Virus record (IMG/VR): IMGVR_UViG_3300012348_000118
Location: 1-31,121 of that record
Source of the DNA: a virus
Taxonomy: Duplodnaviria > Caudoviricetes
Strand: one strand, 5' to 3'
Length of the DNA: 31,121 bases
The notes under the pieces are model-generated. The model ran no database searches. It had not been told where the DNA came from and saw only the letters and a program-made list of their open reading frames with translations. Shown here one piece after another: positions 7,839 to 15,346 of this stretch. How positions within the stretch are numbered: position 1 is the first letter of the stretch; every line of letters starts with the position of its first letter. The position numbers were made by a program, and so were the translations under genes.

Positions 7839-8024
7839 CTACGACCTCCCGCACCTGGCATTGATGCGTTTCTTCCGTGCCTTTGCTTTGCGTACAGCCT
7901 TTGATGCTTTGTAAGCTGCGTGGACCATCATGTTGTAATACTTCCGGTGAATCACCATGCGTGGTGGCTCCGAAGCGTACGTCGGCAACGCAGCCACCAT
8001 GGCTTGAAAATCTGTGAGTGTCAT
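7839..8024 (-). CDS. Small basic hypothetical protein (61 aa)
   Basis: Fills the gap between coupled genes (TGATG overlap at 8024). Lys/Arg-rich C-terminus. Confidence 0.55.
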   Translation of the reverse strand: MTLTDFQAMVAALPTYASEPPRMVIHRKYYNMMVHAAYKASKAVRKAKARKKRINARCGRS

Positions 8025-8725
8025 CAGTTAAGACCATACTTTCCTATTGCCCAGTCAGGCCGTGCAAGTTCGGTTTCAATGTGATTCGTGCGCTCCCATT
8101 GCGTCATCGATTCAATGTGCTTCCGAGCGTTCCATGTCCACGATGGCAAAACGACTCGCTTTTTGAACTCATCCTGCCATTCGTAATTGATGCGAATGTT
8201 TGGTTCCAGCCATCGATAAGCAGACGATATCAATCCGGATTCCATCATGGTGATGACCTGATCTCCGGTGTACATACGTGGACTTTGCGGTGGAATGTCT
8301 TTCTCGTGCAGCTGCTCCACGAATCGTTTGAGTGCAAACGCATCCTCATGCAGTTCCATCAAACTGCACGTCGTGACAGTGGTGTCCATCCAGTCAATAT
8401 GGAATAGACCTTTGACATTGAACAGGTGTGTCAGTCTATGCATGTAATCCTTGTATCCACCAATGAAAATCTCCGATGGATGCATTTCAGCTTTTATAGA
8501 CACTCCACCCTCAAACTCGATGTTCATCGTTTGATATGGGATGTCTTTGTAGACATGACTACTTCGTTTGATGGTTGTGGTCTTATAACGTCGAATGTCA
8601 TTGGCATCGTAGAACAGCTCCTCCCCGACACGCTTCAGCGCATCGAGGAGATTGCCTTCTACATCGACCATGACACGGCCATTGCTCAGGAGCCATTGCC
8701 ACTCATCGTCAACATAAGGTCTCAT
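8024..8725 (-). CDS. Hypothetical protein (233 aa)
   Basis: Long ORF with ATGA and TGATG coupling to its neighbours. No family recognised. Confidence 0.75.
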   Translation of the reverse strand: MRPYVDDEWQWLLSNGRVMVDVEGNLLDALKRVGEELFYDANDIRRYKTTTIKRSSHVYKDIPYQTMNIEFEGGVSIKAEMHPSEIFIGGYKDYMHRLTHLFNVKGLFHIDWMDTTVTTCSLMELHEDAFALKRFVEQLHEKDIPPQSPRMYTGDQVITMMESGLISSAYRWLEPNIRINYEWQDEFKKRVVLPSWTWNARKHIESMTQWERTNHIETELARPDWAIGKYGLN

Positions 8726-9177
8726 GCGTCAGAGTCCTCTTCTTCTCTGTTCCACGGCTCGGTGATTTCATCGTCTTCAAACGGTTCCAGTTCACCGTTT
8801 CTAAGTTGCTCACATACCTTCATGAATGCTTGACAACATTGAAACATTAACTCTGTAATGTCCATCTCAAGCCAATCAGGGTGTAAAAGACTTAGTTTGT
8901 CTTGATATTGACCCGTTCCAATAAACCGTCCGTATTCTGTTTCATTCAAAACATATTCGCCCAACCAGTGCAGTTGGAATGGACCAAACTTGAATGTAGT
9001 TGGAAAACTCCACATATCATCATCCGATGTCACATTTTGCGATGGTTCGATCACAATGCGAGCAGTTCTGAACTCACCTCCAGAGTAGTCCCGCATCTCT
9101 GTGAGTTTGTGTCTTGCTGCATCCCTGAATAAATCAGGGATGCTTGGTGTTTCACGAATTTCCAACGTGTAACCCAT
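8722..9177 (-). CDS. Acidic hypothetical protein (151 aa)
   Basis: Coupled to ERF by TAATG. D/E-rich tail; DNA is locally AT-richer. Confidence 0.75.
   Translation of the reverse strand: MGYTLEIRETPSIPDLFRDAARHKLTEMRDYSGGEFRTARIVIEPSQNVTSDDDMWSFPTTFKFGPFQLHWLGEYVLNETEYGRFIGTGQYQDKLSLLHPDWLEMDITELMFQCCQAFMKVCEQLRNGELEPFEDDEITEPWNREEEDSDA
9119..9143. repeat. Perfect 25-bp palindrome inside the 151-aa gene
   Basis: GCATCCCTGA-ATAAA-TCAGGGATGC, 10/10 arm pairs with a 5-nt centre. Confidence 0.85.
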
Positions 9178-9725
9178 TATTCTGTCGGTCCTTCCTCACC
9201 CAGGACAAAGTGTGAGCCGTTGTGATAACCAGGTATTGGTTTGGCCTGTGGTGCAAGCTTGCGAAGCGTCGTGGTCTGTGGCGGTCCTGGCTTGATTTGT
9301 GGCCGTGCTTGTGGCTGTTGACCTATTGCACCATTGCCATCGTCATCCTCGTCAGATGCTAGCGACAGAAGCGCACTGAGGCTATACCGTCGACCATACG
9401 AGAGTGCTGACCCGAATCCGTGCGATGTCTGTTGCATCACAGGAACTTGCACGACACCAGCAATCCACTCACCTGAGCTGTGAATCACGCGGCTCTCGAC
9501 AATGATGCTGGTCGAATGCTCGCCATCGATGGTGTCAAGCACCGACTGCACGACGAACAGACCATGTTTCGCCATCACAGGCCTCACGACCTCCATGATG
9601 GCATCGAGTGATGTGTACTTACTTCTGAACGCTGGATTCGTGGAATCCTTGACGATTGGCTTTATCTCGGCCTGTGCCTTGACCAGCGCTGGTGCAATCG
9701 CACCGATTGTTTCCGACATTGTCAT
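9177..9725 (-). CDS. erf: ERF-family single-strand annealing recombinase
   Basis: ALVKAQ..IKPIVKDSTNPAFRSKYTSLD, HSSGEWI and GSALSYGRRYSLSALLSLASDEDDDGN match the ERF family. Confidence 0.92.
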   Translation of the reverse strand: MTMSETIGAIAPALVKAQAEIKPIVKDSTNPAFRSKYTSLDAIMEVVRPVMAKHGLFVVQSVLDTIDGEHSTSIIVESRVIHSSGEWIAGVVQVPVMQQTSHGFGSALSYGRRYSLSALLSLASDEDDDGNGAIGQQPQARPQIKPGPPQTTTLRKLAPQAKPIPGYHNGSHFVLGEEGPTE

Positions 9726-10201
9726 ACCAAACCTCCCAGATGTAATCCTGCCCGACTCAGCGCATTTCTAAACGATGAAATCCAGTTGATGTTGCGTCGC
9801 TCGATGATGGCGCCTGATTGCGTATATGAACGCCATATAGACACATCTGCGACCACTGGCTTTATGGCCTGTGCGATTGCTGACCATTCGTCCTGACGCG
9901 TTCGATGAGCTTCACGGAGACAGTCCAGGACAAGCGCCAGTGCTTCGTACTTTGCGGTGCGAATCGACCTCGCCCATGCAATCTGTTTTTCACTACCAGT
10001 CAAGGTCACCTGTTTCGGCTCAAGCATCAGCTGCACGTGAGTCCATTCACTGTCTGCAATAAGTTTCGCCTGGCATACATCGCAGATGTTGAGCGTCGAG
10101 GCCATGAGGCGCATTTTCGCTTTGAGTTCGTGGTGGCTATAGCCAAATGTGAAAGTGGCAGTGTGACCACACTTCCACTTCAATTCAATCTTTTCGTCCA
10201 T
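9722..10201 (-). CDS. Early hypothetical protein with CGH...CxxC and LTGSEKQIAWA motifs (159 aa)
   Basis: Start re-placed at MDEKIEL (AAGGGA upstream). First gene after the leftward promoter. Confidence 0.7.
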   Translation of the reverse strand: MDEKIELKWKCGHTATFTFGYSHHELKAKMRLMASTLNICDVCQAKLIADSEWTHVQLMLEPKQVTLTGSEKQIAWARSIRTAKYEALALVLDCLREAHRTRQDEWSAIAQAIKPVVADVSIWRSYTQSGAIIERRNINWISSFRNALSRAGLHLGGLV

Positions 10202-10235
10202 ATTCAATCCCTTCGTGGTGTCCAACCACATCGAC

Positions 10236-10276
10236 ATCATAACAGTGTTGACATAATGTGTCAACTGTGGGATATT
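10236..10276. promoter_or_regulatory. Overlapping divergent sigma70 promoters whose -35 boxes form a palindromic operator
   Basis: Plus strand: TTGACA(10248-53)-17-GATATT(10271-76). Minus strand: TTGACA(10264-59)-17-TATGAT(10241-36). Palindrome GTTGACA-TAATG-TGTCAAC at 10247-10265. Confidence 0.85.
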
Positions 10277-10282
10277 GTCGGC

Positions 10283-10477
10283 ATGTATGGACTCACACAA
10301 GTCGAGATCGCACAGCGACTCGGCATCAACCGATCAGCAGTGTGCCGGATGCTCTCCGGCGCATATGCTGTCAGACACTCGACCATCAAGCGCCTCGCTG
10401 AGGCTGTTGGTCGCACAGAACTCGAAGTCGCACAATGGATGTACTGCAAACGTGCAGGACAACCACTCCCAGAATAA
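10283..10477 (+). CDS. XRE/Cro-like helix-turn-helix regulator (64 aa), probably leaderless
   Basis: GLTQVEIAQRLGINRSAVCRMLSG...TIKRLAEAVG. The ATG lies 6 nt after the -10 box with no SD. Confidence 0.88.
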   Translation: MYGLTQVEIAQRLGINRSAVCRMLSGAYAVRHSTIKRLAEAVGRTELEVAQWMYCKRAGQPLPE

Positions 10478-10493
10478 TCGAAGGAATAAACCT

Positions 10494-10760
10494 ATGGACA
10501 CAAAAATCAAACTCACCTGTACCGAATGTCACCGACCGAACTCGGTCCCTTATGGACGTGGTTTCCACATCTGCTCAATCTGCTCAGGACGTGAGCTTCG
10601 TGCTTACAAGCGCAAGCAAATGCAGTCACGCATCCAGACCATCGGCGGCTTCGTGGTCGTTGTCCTGGCTGTATGGACCGCATGCATGATGGCATCCGAC
10701 TGGAACACGCCAAACAGTGCAGATCACCGCGTACATCAGGCGATGCAAGCTCGTGACTGA
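10494..10760 (+). CDS. Zn-finger membrane protein (88 aa)
   Basis: SD AAGGA; CTEC...CSIC followed by the hydrophobic segment IGGFVVVVLAVWTACMMA. Confidence 0.7.
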   Translation: MDTKIKLTCTECHRPNSVPYGRGFHICSICSGRELRAYKRKQMQSRIQTIGGFVVVVLAVWTACMMASDWNTPNSADHRVHQAMQARD

Positions 10761-11661
10761 CACCATCAAGACGTGGTCTCAGTACCGCATAAGCAGACGC
10801 GCCAGCACGGATGGACTCCTCACGAAGGAAGAGGAGTTCTTTCTCGGTCGCATGGTTCAGGCAGGAACACCAAAGGACAAAGATAAAGCGACCGCTGAGC
10901 TGATTGAACACAACGTGCGAATGGTCAGCGCCATCGCCAAGAAGTTCCGTGGCCGTGGATGCGAACACGAGGACATGATGACCGACGGAATGCTCGGCCT
11001 GCATCATGCAGTCCAGCGCTACGACTGGTCACTCGGTCACCGCTTCAGCACGTATGCCACGAACTGGATTCGCCAGGCAATCGGTCGCGGTGTCGAGAGT
11101 CGTGGTCGCGACATTCGTCTACCGTCTCATGCAATCGCGAAGCTGTCGCACATTCGAGTGTCACGCCATGAGTACACGCTGAAGCATGGACAGCCACCGA
11201 CTCCGGCGGAACTTCTCGCGTACGTTCGCGAAGTCAAGCACACTTACCCGAAATACCTTCACAAGCAAATCGACTCACTTGACGTTGAATACCTAGCAGA
11301 AATTCTCAGACACGACACGAAGATTGTGTCGAGCTTTGATGAGATCAATGCCTATGGGCAAAGCAAGTACGACTTCATTCCTTCAACTGACAAACCTGTC
11401 CAGGACACGCTTGACAAGGAAGAACTGTACGCACAGCTGCGAAGCATGATGGCGATACTCACAGACCGTGAGGTCGCATGTCTTCGGCTGAGGTTTGGCT
11501 TTGACGGTCTCTGCGATGGTCGCTCGCTCGAAGATGTCGGTCTGCTGATCGGGTACAGCCGCGAACGCATCAGACAAATACAAGTACGCGCAATTGCGAA
11601 ACTGCGCGTCAATGCCGGCGCCGATATTCTGGCGCAGATTTTTGAGAGGATGGAGTTATGA
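10753..11661 (+). CDS. RpoD/SigA-like sigma-70 factor
   Basis: Region 1.2 LLTKEEEFFLG; region 2 LIEHNVRMV..IAKKF.GRG...RFSTYATNWIRQAI; IRLPSH; region 4 LTDRE..CLRLRFG...RSLEDVG...SRERIRQIQ.RAIAKLR. The start (GTG 10753) is uncertain. Confidence 0.92.
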   Translation: MTDTIKTWSQYRISRRASTDGLLTKEEEFFLGRMVQAGTPKDKDKATAELIEHNVRMVSAIAKKFRGRGCEHEDMMTDGMLGLHHAVQRYDWSLGHRFSTYATNWIRQAIGRGVESRGRDIRLPSHAIAKLSHIRVSRHEYTLKHGQPPTPAELLAYVREVKHTYPKYLHKQIDSLDVEYLAEILRHDTKIVSSFDEINAYGQSKYDFIPSTDKPVQDTLDKEELYAQLRSMMAILTDREVACLRLRFGFDGLCDGRSLEDVGLLIGYSRERIRQIQVRAIAKLRVNAGADILAQIFERMEL

Positions 11662-12032
11662 CAGAATCAGAACACCAGATCGCGTACTTCCGTTGGTGTC
11701 ACATGATGGGTGGTCGTGACCAGCGTCTCGATGTCATCTTTGCCGTGCCAAACGGTGGATACCGTACAAAGGCGACTGCTGGTCGTTTGAAGGCTGAAGG
11801 TGTCAGATCTGGCGTATGGGACATATTTGTCCCCGTTCAGATGGGACAGCATTGTGGCCTGTGGATTGAAATGAAGGCCGGAACGAACAAACTGACTGTC
11901 GGACAAAATGCGTTTCGCGCAGCTGTCGGTGAGTCATATTCGTGGGCAGTCTGCTATTCATGGCACGAAGCTGTCGAGGTCACATGTGCCTATCTTGGCA
12001 TTTCGAGTGGCATGCGTGGCAATACTGAGTGA
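11658..12032 (+). CDS. VRR-NUC family nuclease
   Basis: ESEHQ, FAVPNGG, LKAEGVRSGVWD, LWIEMK and LTVGQ are typical of phage VRR-NUC (PD-(D/E)XK) proteins. Confidence 0.88.
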   Translation: MTESEHQIAYFRWCHMMGGRDQRLDVIFAVPNGGYRTKATAGRLKAEGVRSGVWDIFVPVQMGQHCGLWIEMKAGTNKLTVGQNAFRAAVGESYSWAVCYSWHEAVEVTCAYLGISSGMRGNTE

Positions 12033-12251
12033 TTCGTTGATTTCATCCGCCAGCTCGACACCGTGAAGTTCATACACCAGGTACCAGATTGCCTTGAGGA
12101 GATCGTCGGTTTTATCTTCGCTCTCCTTTGTGCCTGCTCTGAGTAAATACTTCAGCGCATTGCCTCGAGAAAAATCAAGGTTGTATGCGGAAATCACGTC
12201 GATTGGCTGAATAGACTTTGTGCGGTAATGTGTCGGAACCTGTTTGGACAT
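11958..12251 (-). CDS. DUF3310-family protein
   Basis: PTHY....IQPIDVI....LDFSRGNALKYLLRAGTK....DDLLKAIWYL. TACAAT lies 5 nt before the ATG. Confidence 0.85.
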   Translation of the reverse strand: MSKQVPTHYRTKSIQPIDVISAYNLDFSRGNALKYLLRAGTKESEDKTDDLLKAIWYLVYELHGVELADEINESLSIATHATRNAKIGTCDLDSFVP

Positions 12252-12272
12252 ACAGGATTGTAAGGGGAAATA

Positions 12273-13109
12273 ATGAACCGTGTATCACAGGCCGTGACTT
12301 TTCTGTCATGGCTGTTTGAGCCATATCCAGATGGCTTCGTCGAGATTCGATGCATGAATCAAGGCAAAGTCCAGATGCGATTTTATGAGCTTCCAAGGAC
12401 GGAAGACGATTGGACTGGACTCGCTGAGGCATGCGTCCAGTGGAGTGATGAGGGAAATGATGTGTACGTCGGCGTACTTCCACGCTGGCGCAAAGGAGGC
12501 AGGGACACCGATGTTCATACTGCTGGTGTGGTGTGGTGCGATATTGATGACCTTACTGGTCTGGATGAGGCTGCAACACTTGATAAGGTCACAGTCGCGG
12601 TACGCTCGGGCAAAGGGCTTCACTGCTACCGAAGGCTCAAAGTGGCTGGCATTGGGACTAAGCCAACAGAACAACGCGAGTTCGTACAGCTGCTCGAACG
12701 ATGGATGCTCTCGCTTAGTCCATCCGCAGACATCAAGTGCAAAAACCCGAGTCGAATATTACGAGTTCCTGGAACTCTAAATCATAAAAACCGAGAACTG
12801 CCTCGGTTGGTCGAACTCGCAAAGTACCCGCCAGAAGCCTCCAGAATCGTCAAGGAGTCAATATCGGCGCATCCATGGGGTGATGAGTGGTCTCGGCTGT
12901 TGATATCAGCCAAAGCGGGAGACCTTCCGACACGCGAGCGTGGAAACTGGGACATCGGACAATACAAGCATGGTCGATACCTGCTGTATTGTTTCAACCA
13001 CGCGATTGTCGGCATCGAGCAGATGCGGACAATGGGGATGGTCGCACATGCTGACGAGTGTCGTATATTGGTAACCACTGCGCTGGACACGCAGGACCTA
13101 ACAGTTTGA
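12273..13109 (+). CDS. RepB-type (archaeo-eukaryotic primase superfamily) DNA primase
   Basis: VYVGV.PR, WCDID, SGKGLHCY and D....NPSRILRVPGTLNHK motifs. Confidence 0.85.
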   Translation: MNRVSQAVTFLSWLFEPYPDGFVEIRCMNQGKVQMRFYELPRTEDDWTGLAEACVQWSDEGNDVYVGVLPRWRKGGRDTDVHTAGVVWCDIDDLTGLDEAATLDKVTVAVRSGKGLHCYRRLKVAGIGTKPTEQREFVQLLERWMLSLSPSADIKCKNPSRILRVPGTLNHKNRELPRLVELAKYPPEASRIVKESISAHPWGDEWSRLLISAKAGDLPTRERGNWDIGQYKHGRYLLYCFNHAIVGIEQMRTMGMVAHADECRILVTTALDTQDLTV

Positions 13110-13119
13110 AGGGATAGGA

Positions 13120-14427
13120 ATGGACGAACTTTCACTGGACGATCTCCGGCTCATGGTCGCCGGAGACATGGAAACTCATGCTCGCATCATCGCGCATGGC
13201 GAGCATCACTGGGACAAACTGTGGCAACCGCATCCTGCATCAGGAGGCGCCTTCGGTGGCCGTAACAACGCGCTGGTCACGCTCCTGGGTTTCTTCCGTG
13301 CGAAGCGCTACAGCATCGATGTCGCACAGCTTCAAGCGGTGTGGTGGAGCGAAACTTACTGTGACCCGCCACTCGAGCGCGAAGTCATCGTCGAGACCGT
13401 CGGACGTTTCTGGTCACAATGGGCAGCAGGATCTGTGCCTGATGACCTGCCAGGCGGACAGACAGTCGCACCATGGGAAGTCTGGGACTGGACACGGATG
13501 GAAACCGAGGAAGCAAAACTCGGTGAACAGTCCTGGCTGATTCCGAACGTTCTGTCGACTGGTGGTCTGCATTATCTTTCGTCTCCACCAGGGAGTGGCA
13601 AGACGTGGGTCATCTGTGATCTCATTCGTGCATGTTGCTTTGGTGGCTCATGGCTCAACGAGTTCGAGATTCCACAGACGCGAGTCCTGTACATCGATGA
13701 GGAGATGGGCGTCCAGAAGGTCCTACAACGGCTAAGGAAGCTCGGAATGCGCTCGGCTGAGGGAATGGGTTACCTGAACCGTGTCGGCATCAGATTCGAC
13801 AATGTCTTAGATGTCGAACGGGTTGTGAAGCACTGTCAGGCCACAGGTGTTGGTCTAGTGATGATTGACTCGCTGGTCCGCATCCATGGAATGGACGAAA
13901 ATGATAACAGCCAGATGCGTAAACTTTACGACGCGTTCAAGAAGTTGCTCGATGTCGGAATCACTGTCCTGATCGCTCACCATAACCGCAAAGGTGGCAC
14001 GGACTCGACCGTCAAACACGAAGGCATGCGAGGCGCTGCGGAAATTGTCGCAGCTGCTGACATGGCCTACAGCGTCGAGAAGCAAGCGAACGGTCTGTAC
14101 CGCATGTACGTGACTAAGGGCCGTCTAATCAGCGATGATGATGCCATCGATGTGACCTTCGAGATTCGCGATGAGGATGGCCTCACGAAGGTCAGGACTC
14201 TCGACGCTGGCGCACGTAGTGAAGCCATCACACAAGAGATTCGGTCGAAGCTCATCGAACTGATCAGCGAAACACCTGGTATTTCTCAAGCACGTCTGGC
14301 GGAGGTATGTGGTGGTCGAAAATCGGTTGTTGCAGCTACACTTGCAGACCTCGAGGCCAGTCGAATTGTGGCTTTTGACAAGGGTCCGAGGAACGCAAAA
14401 CTGTACCGTCCGACAGGGCTTTTATAG
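13120..14427 (+). CDS. PriCT-1 + RepA/AAA_25-type SF4 helicase + C-terminal HTH
   Basis: GGRNNAL...DPPL...E (PriCT); Walker A SPPGSGKT; VLYIDEE; Walker B LVMIDSL; IAHHNRK; ISQARLAEVCG HTH. Confidence 0.88.
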   Translation: MDELSLDDLRLMVAGDMETHARIIAHGEHHWDKLWQPHPASGGAFGGRNNALVTLLGFFRAKRYSIDVAQLQAVWWSETYCDPPLEREVIVETVGRFWSQWAAGSVPDDLPGGQTVAPWEVWDWTRMETEEAKLGEQSWLIPNVLSTGGLHYLSSPPGSGKTWVICDLIRACCFGGSWLNEFEIPQTRVLYIDEEMGVQKVLQRLRKLGMRSAEGMGYLNRVGIRFDNVLDVERVVKHCQATGVGLVMIDSLVRIHGMDENDNSQMRKLYDAFKKLLDVGITVLIAHHNRKGGTDSTVKHEGMRGAAEIVAAADMAYSVEKQANGLYRMYVTKGRLISDDDAIDVTFEIRDEDGLTKVRTLDAGARSEAITQEIRSKLIELISETPGISQARLAEVCGGRKSVVAATLADLEASRIVAFDKGPRNAKLYRPTGLL

Positions 14428-14433
14428 GCGTTT

Positions 14434-14620
14434 GACCTGTTCCCGCGACCTGTTCCCGACCTGTTCCGCCCTTAAGGATAAAGAAACGGGAACAGGTCAG
14501 GAAAATCCCCCCTTTGGAAACCCCCCTGCCAGCATGTTTAGACGCTTGCTGGCTTAGGGGTATGAGTTGAAACTGTTCCTGCGGGCCGGGCGCTTACGCT
14601 GGCCCACGGAACAGCATCAA
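14434..14620. promoter_or_regulatory. Putative replication origin: iterons and hairpins
   Basis: GACCTGTTCC x3 (14434, 14447, 14458) plus an inverted copy (14489-14498). Hairpins GCCAGCA/TGCTGGC (14528-14553) and CTGTTCC...GGGCC..GCG-CTTA-CGC.GGCCC..GGAACAG (14573-14614). Lies directly after the helicase. Confidence 0.65.
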
Positions 14621-14627
14621 CTTCTTC

Positions 14628-14657
14628 TTGACAGGATGGTTTGATGTTTGGTATCGT
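14628..14657 (+). promoter_or_regulatory. Putative sigma70 promoter
   Basis: TTGACA(14628-33)-18 nt-TATCGT, preceded by TGG (extended -10). Confidence 0.5.
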
Positions 14658-14752
14658 TGACATGTTGGTGGTGGTAATAACCTTTGGATTGGTACATTGA
14701 GACCATCACCAACATCAAACGAGTGGCCGTATGGCCAAAGGAGTATGAGAGT

Positions 14753-15253
14753 ATGGGTTTCTTTTCTTCCGCCACGTTCAGCGATGGCAGCTCACAGTTT
14801 GAGTCAGCACCGGCTGGCGTCTACGTTTGCCGATTGGCTAACCTCGACTCGGTTGATCGTCCTTCATACGATGACCCGAACGTCATGGTCCCTAACTTCA
14901 AATTTACATTTGAGACCACAGAGTATGGCGACTCTGCTGGCAATGCTTACCGCTTTTTTAAGTACACTCGTCAAGGTTACGGCAACGACAAGCAAGCACT
15001 CACAATCCTTCTCGACGGTATGCTTGGACGTCGCTTGACACAAGCGGAGTTTCACCAACTCGATGTCGACGACCTGCTTGCGAAGCAGTGGATGGTCACT
15101 GTGGATGCCAAATTGAACACGCGTGGCAATATGACCAATGCCATCGTCTCCGTCTCTCCTGTGACAGCCAAGAAAAAGCTGACCAAGATTGCACAGCCAA
15201 CCATCAAGACTGATGACATCGAAGACCCCTTCGGTGAGGATGCCAGCGAGTAA
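14753..15253 (+). CDS. Putative phage single-stranded DNA-binding (OB-fold-like) protein
   Basis: SD AAGGAG; N-terminal F...PAGVY.CRL pattern, beta-rich core and acidic tail DDIEDPF. Located beside the replication genes. Confidence 0.6.
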   Translation: MGFFSSATFSDGSSQFESAPAGVYVCRLANLDSVDRPSYDDPNVMVPNFKFTFETTEYGDSAGNAYRFFKYTRQGYGNDKQALTILLDGMLGRRLTQAEFHQLDVDDLLAKQWMVTVDAKLNTRGNMTNAIVSVSPVTAKKKLTKIAQPTIKTDDIEDPFGEDASE

Positions 15254-15286
15254 CCAAGTCTCCCGGTTGCCGACACTCGCTGACAG

Positions 15287-15326
15287 CCAGGCACACTCTT
15301 ACGCATGGGGTGTGCCTGGTGTTTTT
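15287..15326 (+). terminator. Intrinsic terminator
   Basis: CCAGGCACAC...GTGTGCCTGG stem followed by TGTTTTT. Confidence 0.75.
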
Positions 15327-15346
15327 ACTTTGTAGGGAGATAGACG

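Noticed and set aside
8075-8135. TTCAATGTG repeated at 36-bp spacing
   Set aside because: Explained by a short peptide repeat (W....HIE) in the 233-aa protein.
8779-8800. AAACGGT-N8-ACCGTTT inverted repeat
   Set aside because: Short arms and a different spacer from the 10-5-10 family; not distinguishable from chance.
9905-10300. Long N-terminal extensions in the ORF track (190-aa HTH, 192-aa and 161-aa ORFs)
   Set aside because: They run across the divergent promoters or overlap real genes. Downstream starts (10283, 10201, 10494) fit the promoter and SD signals.
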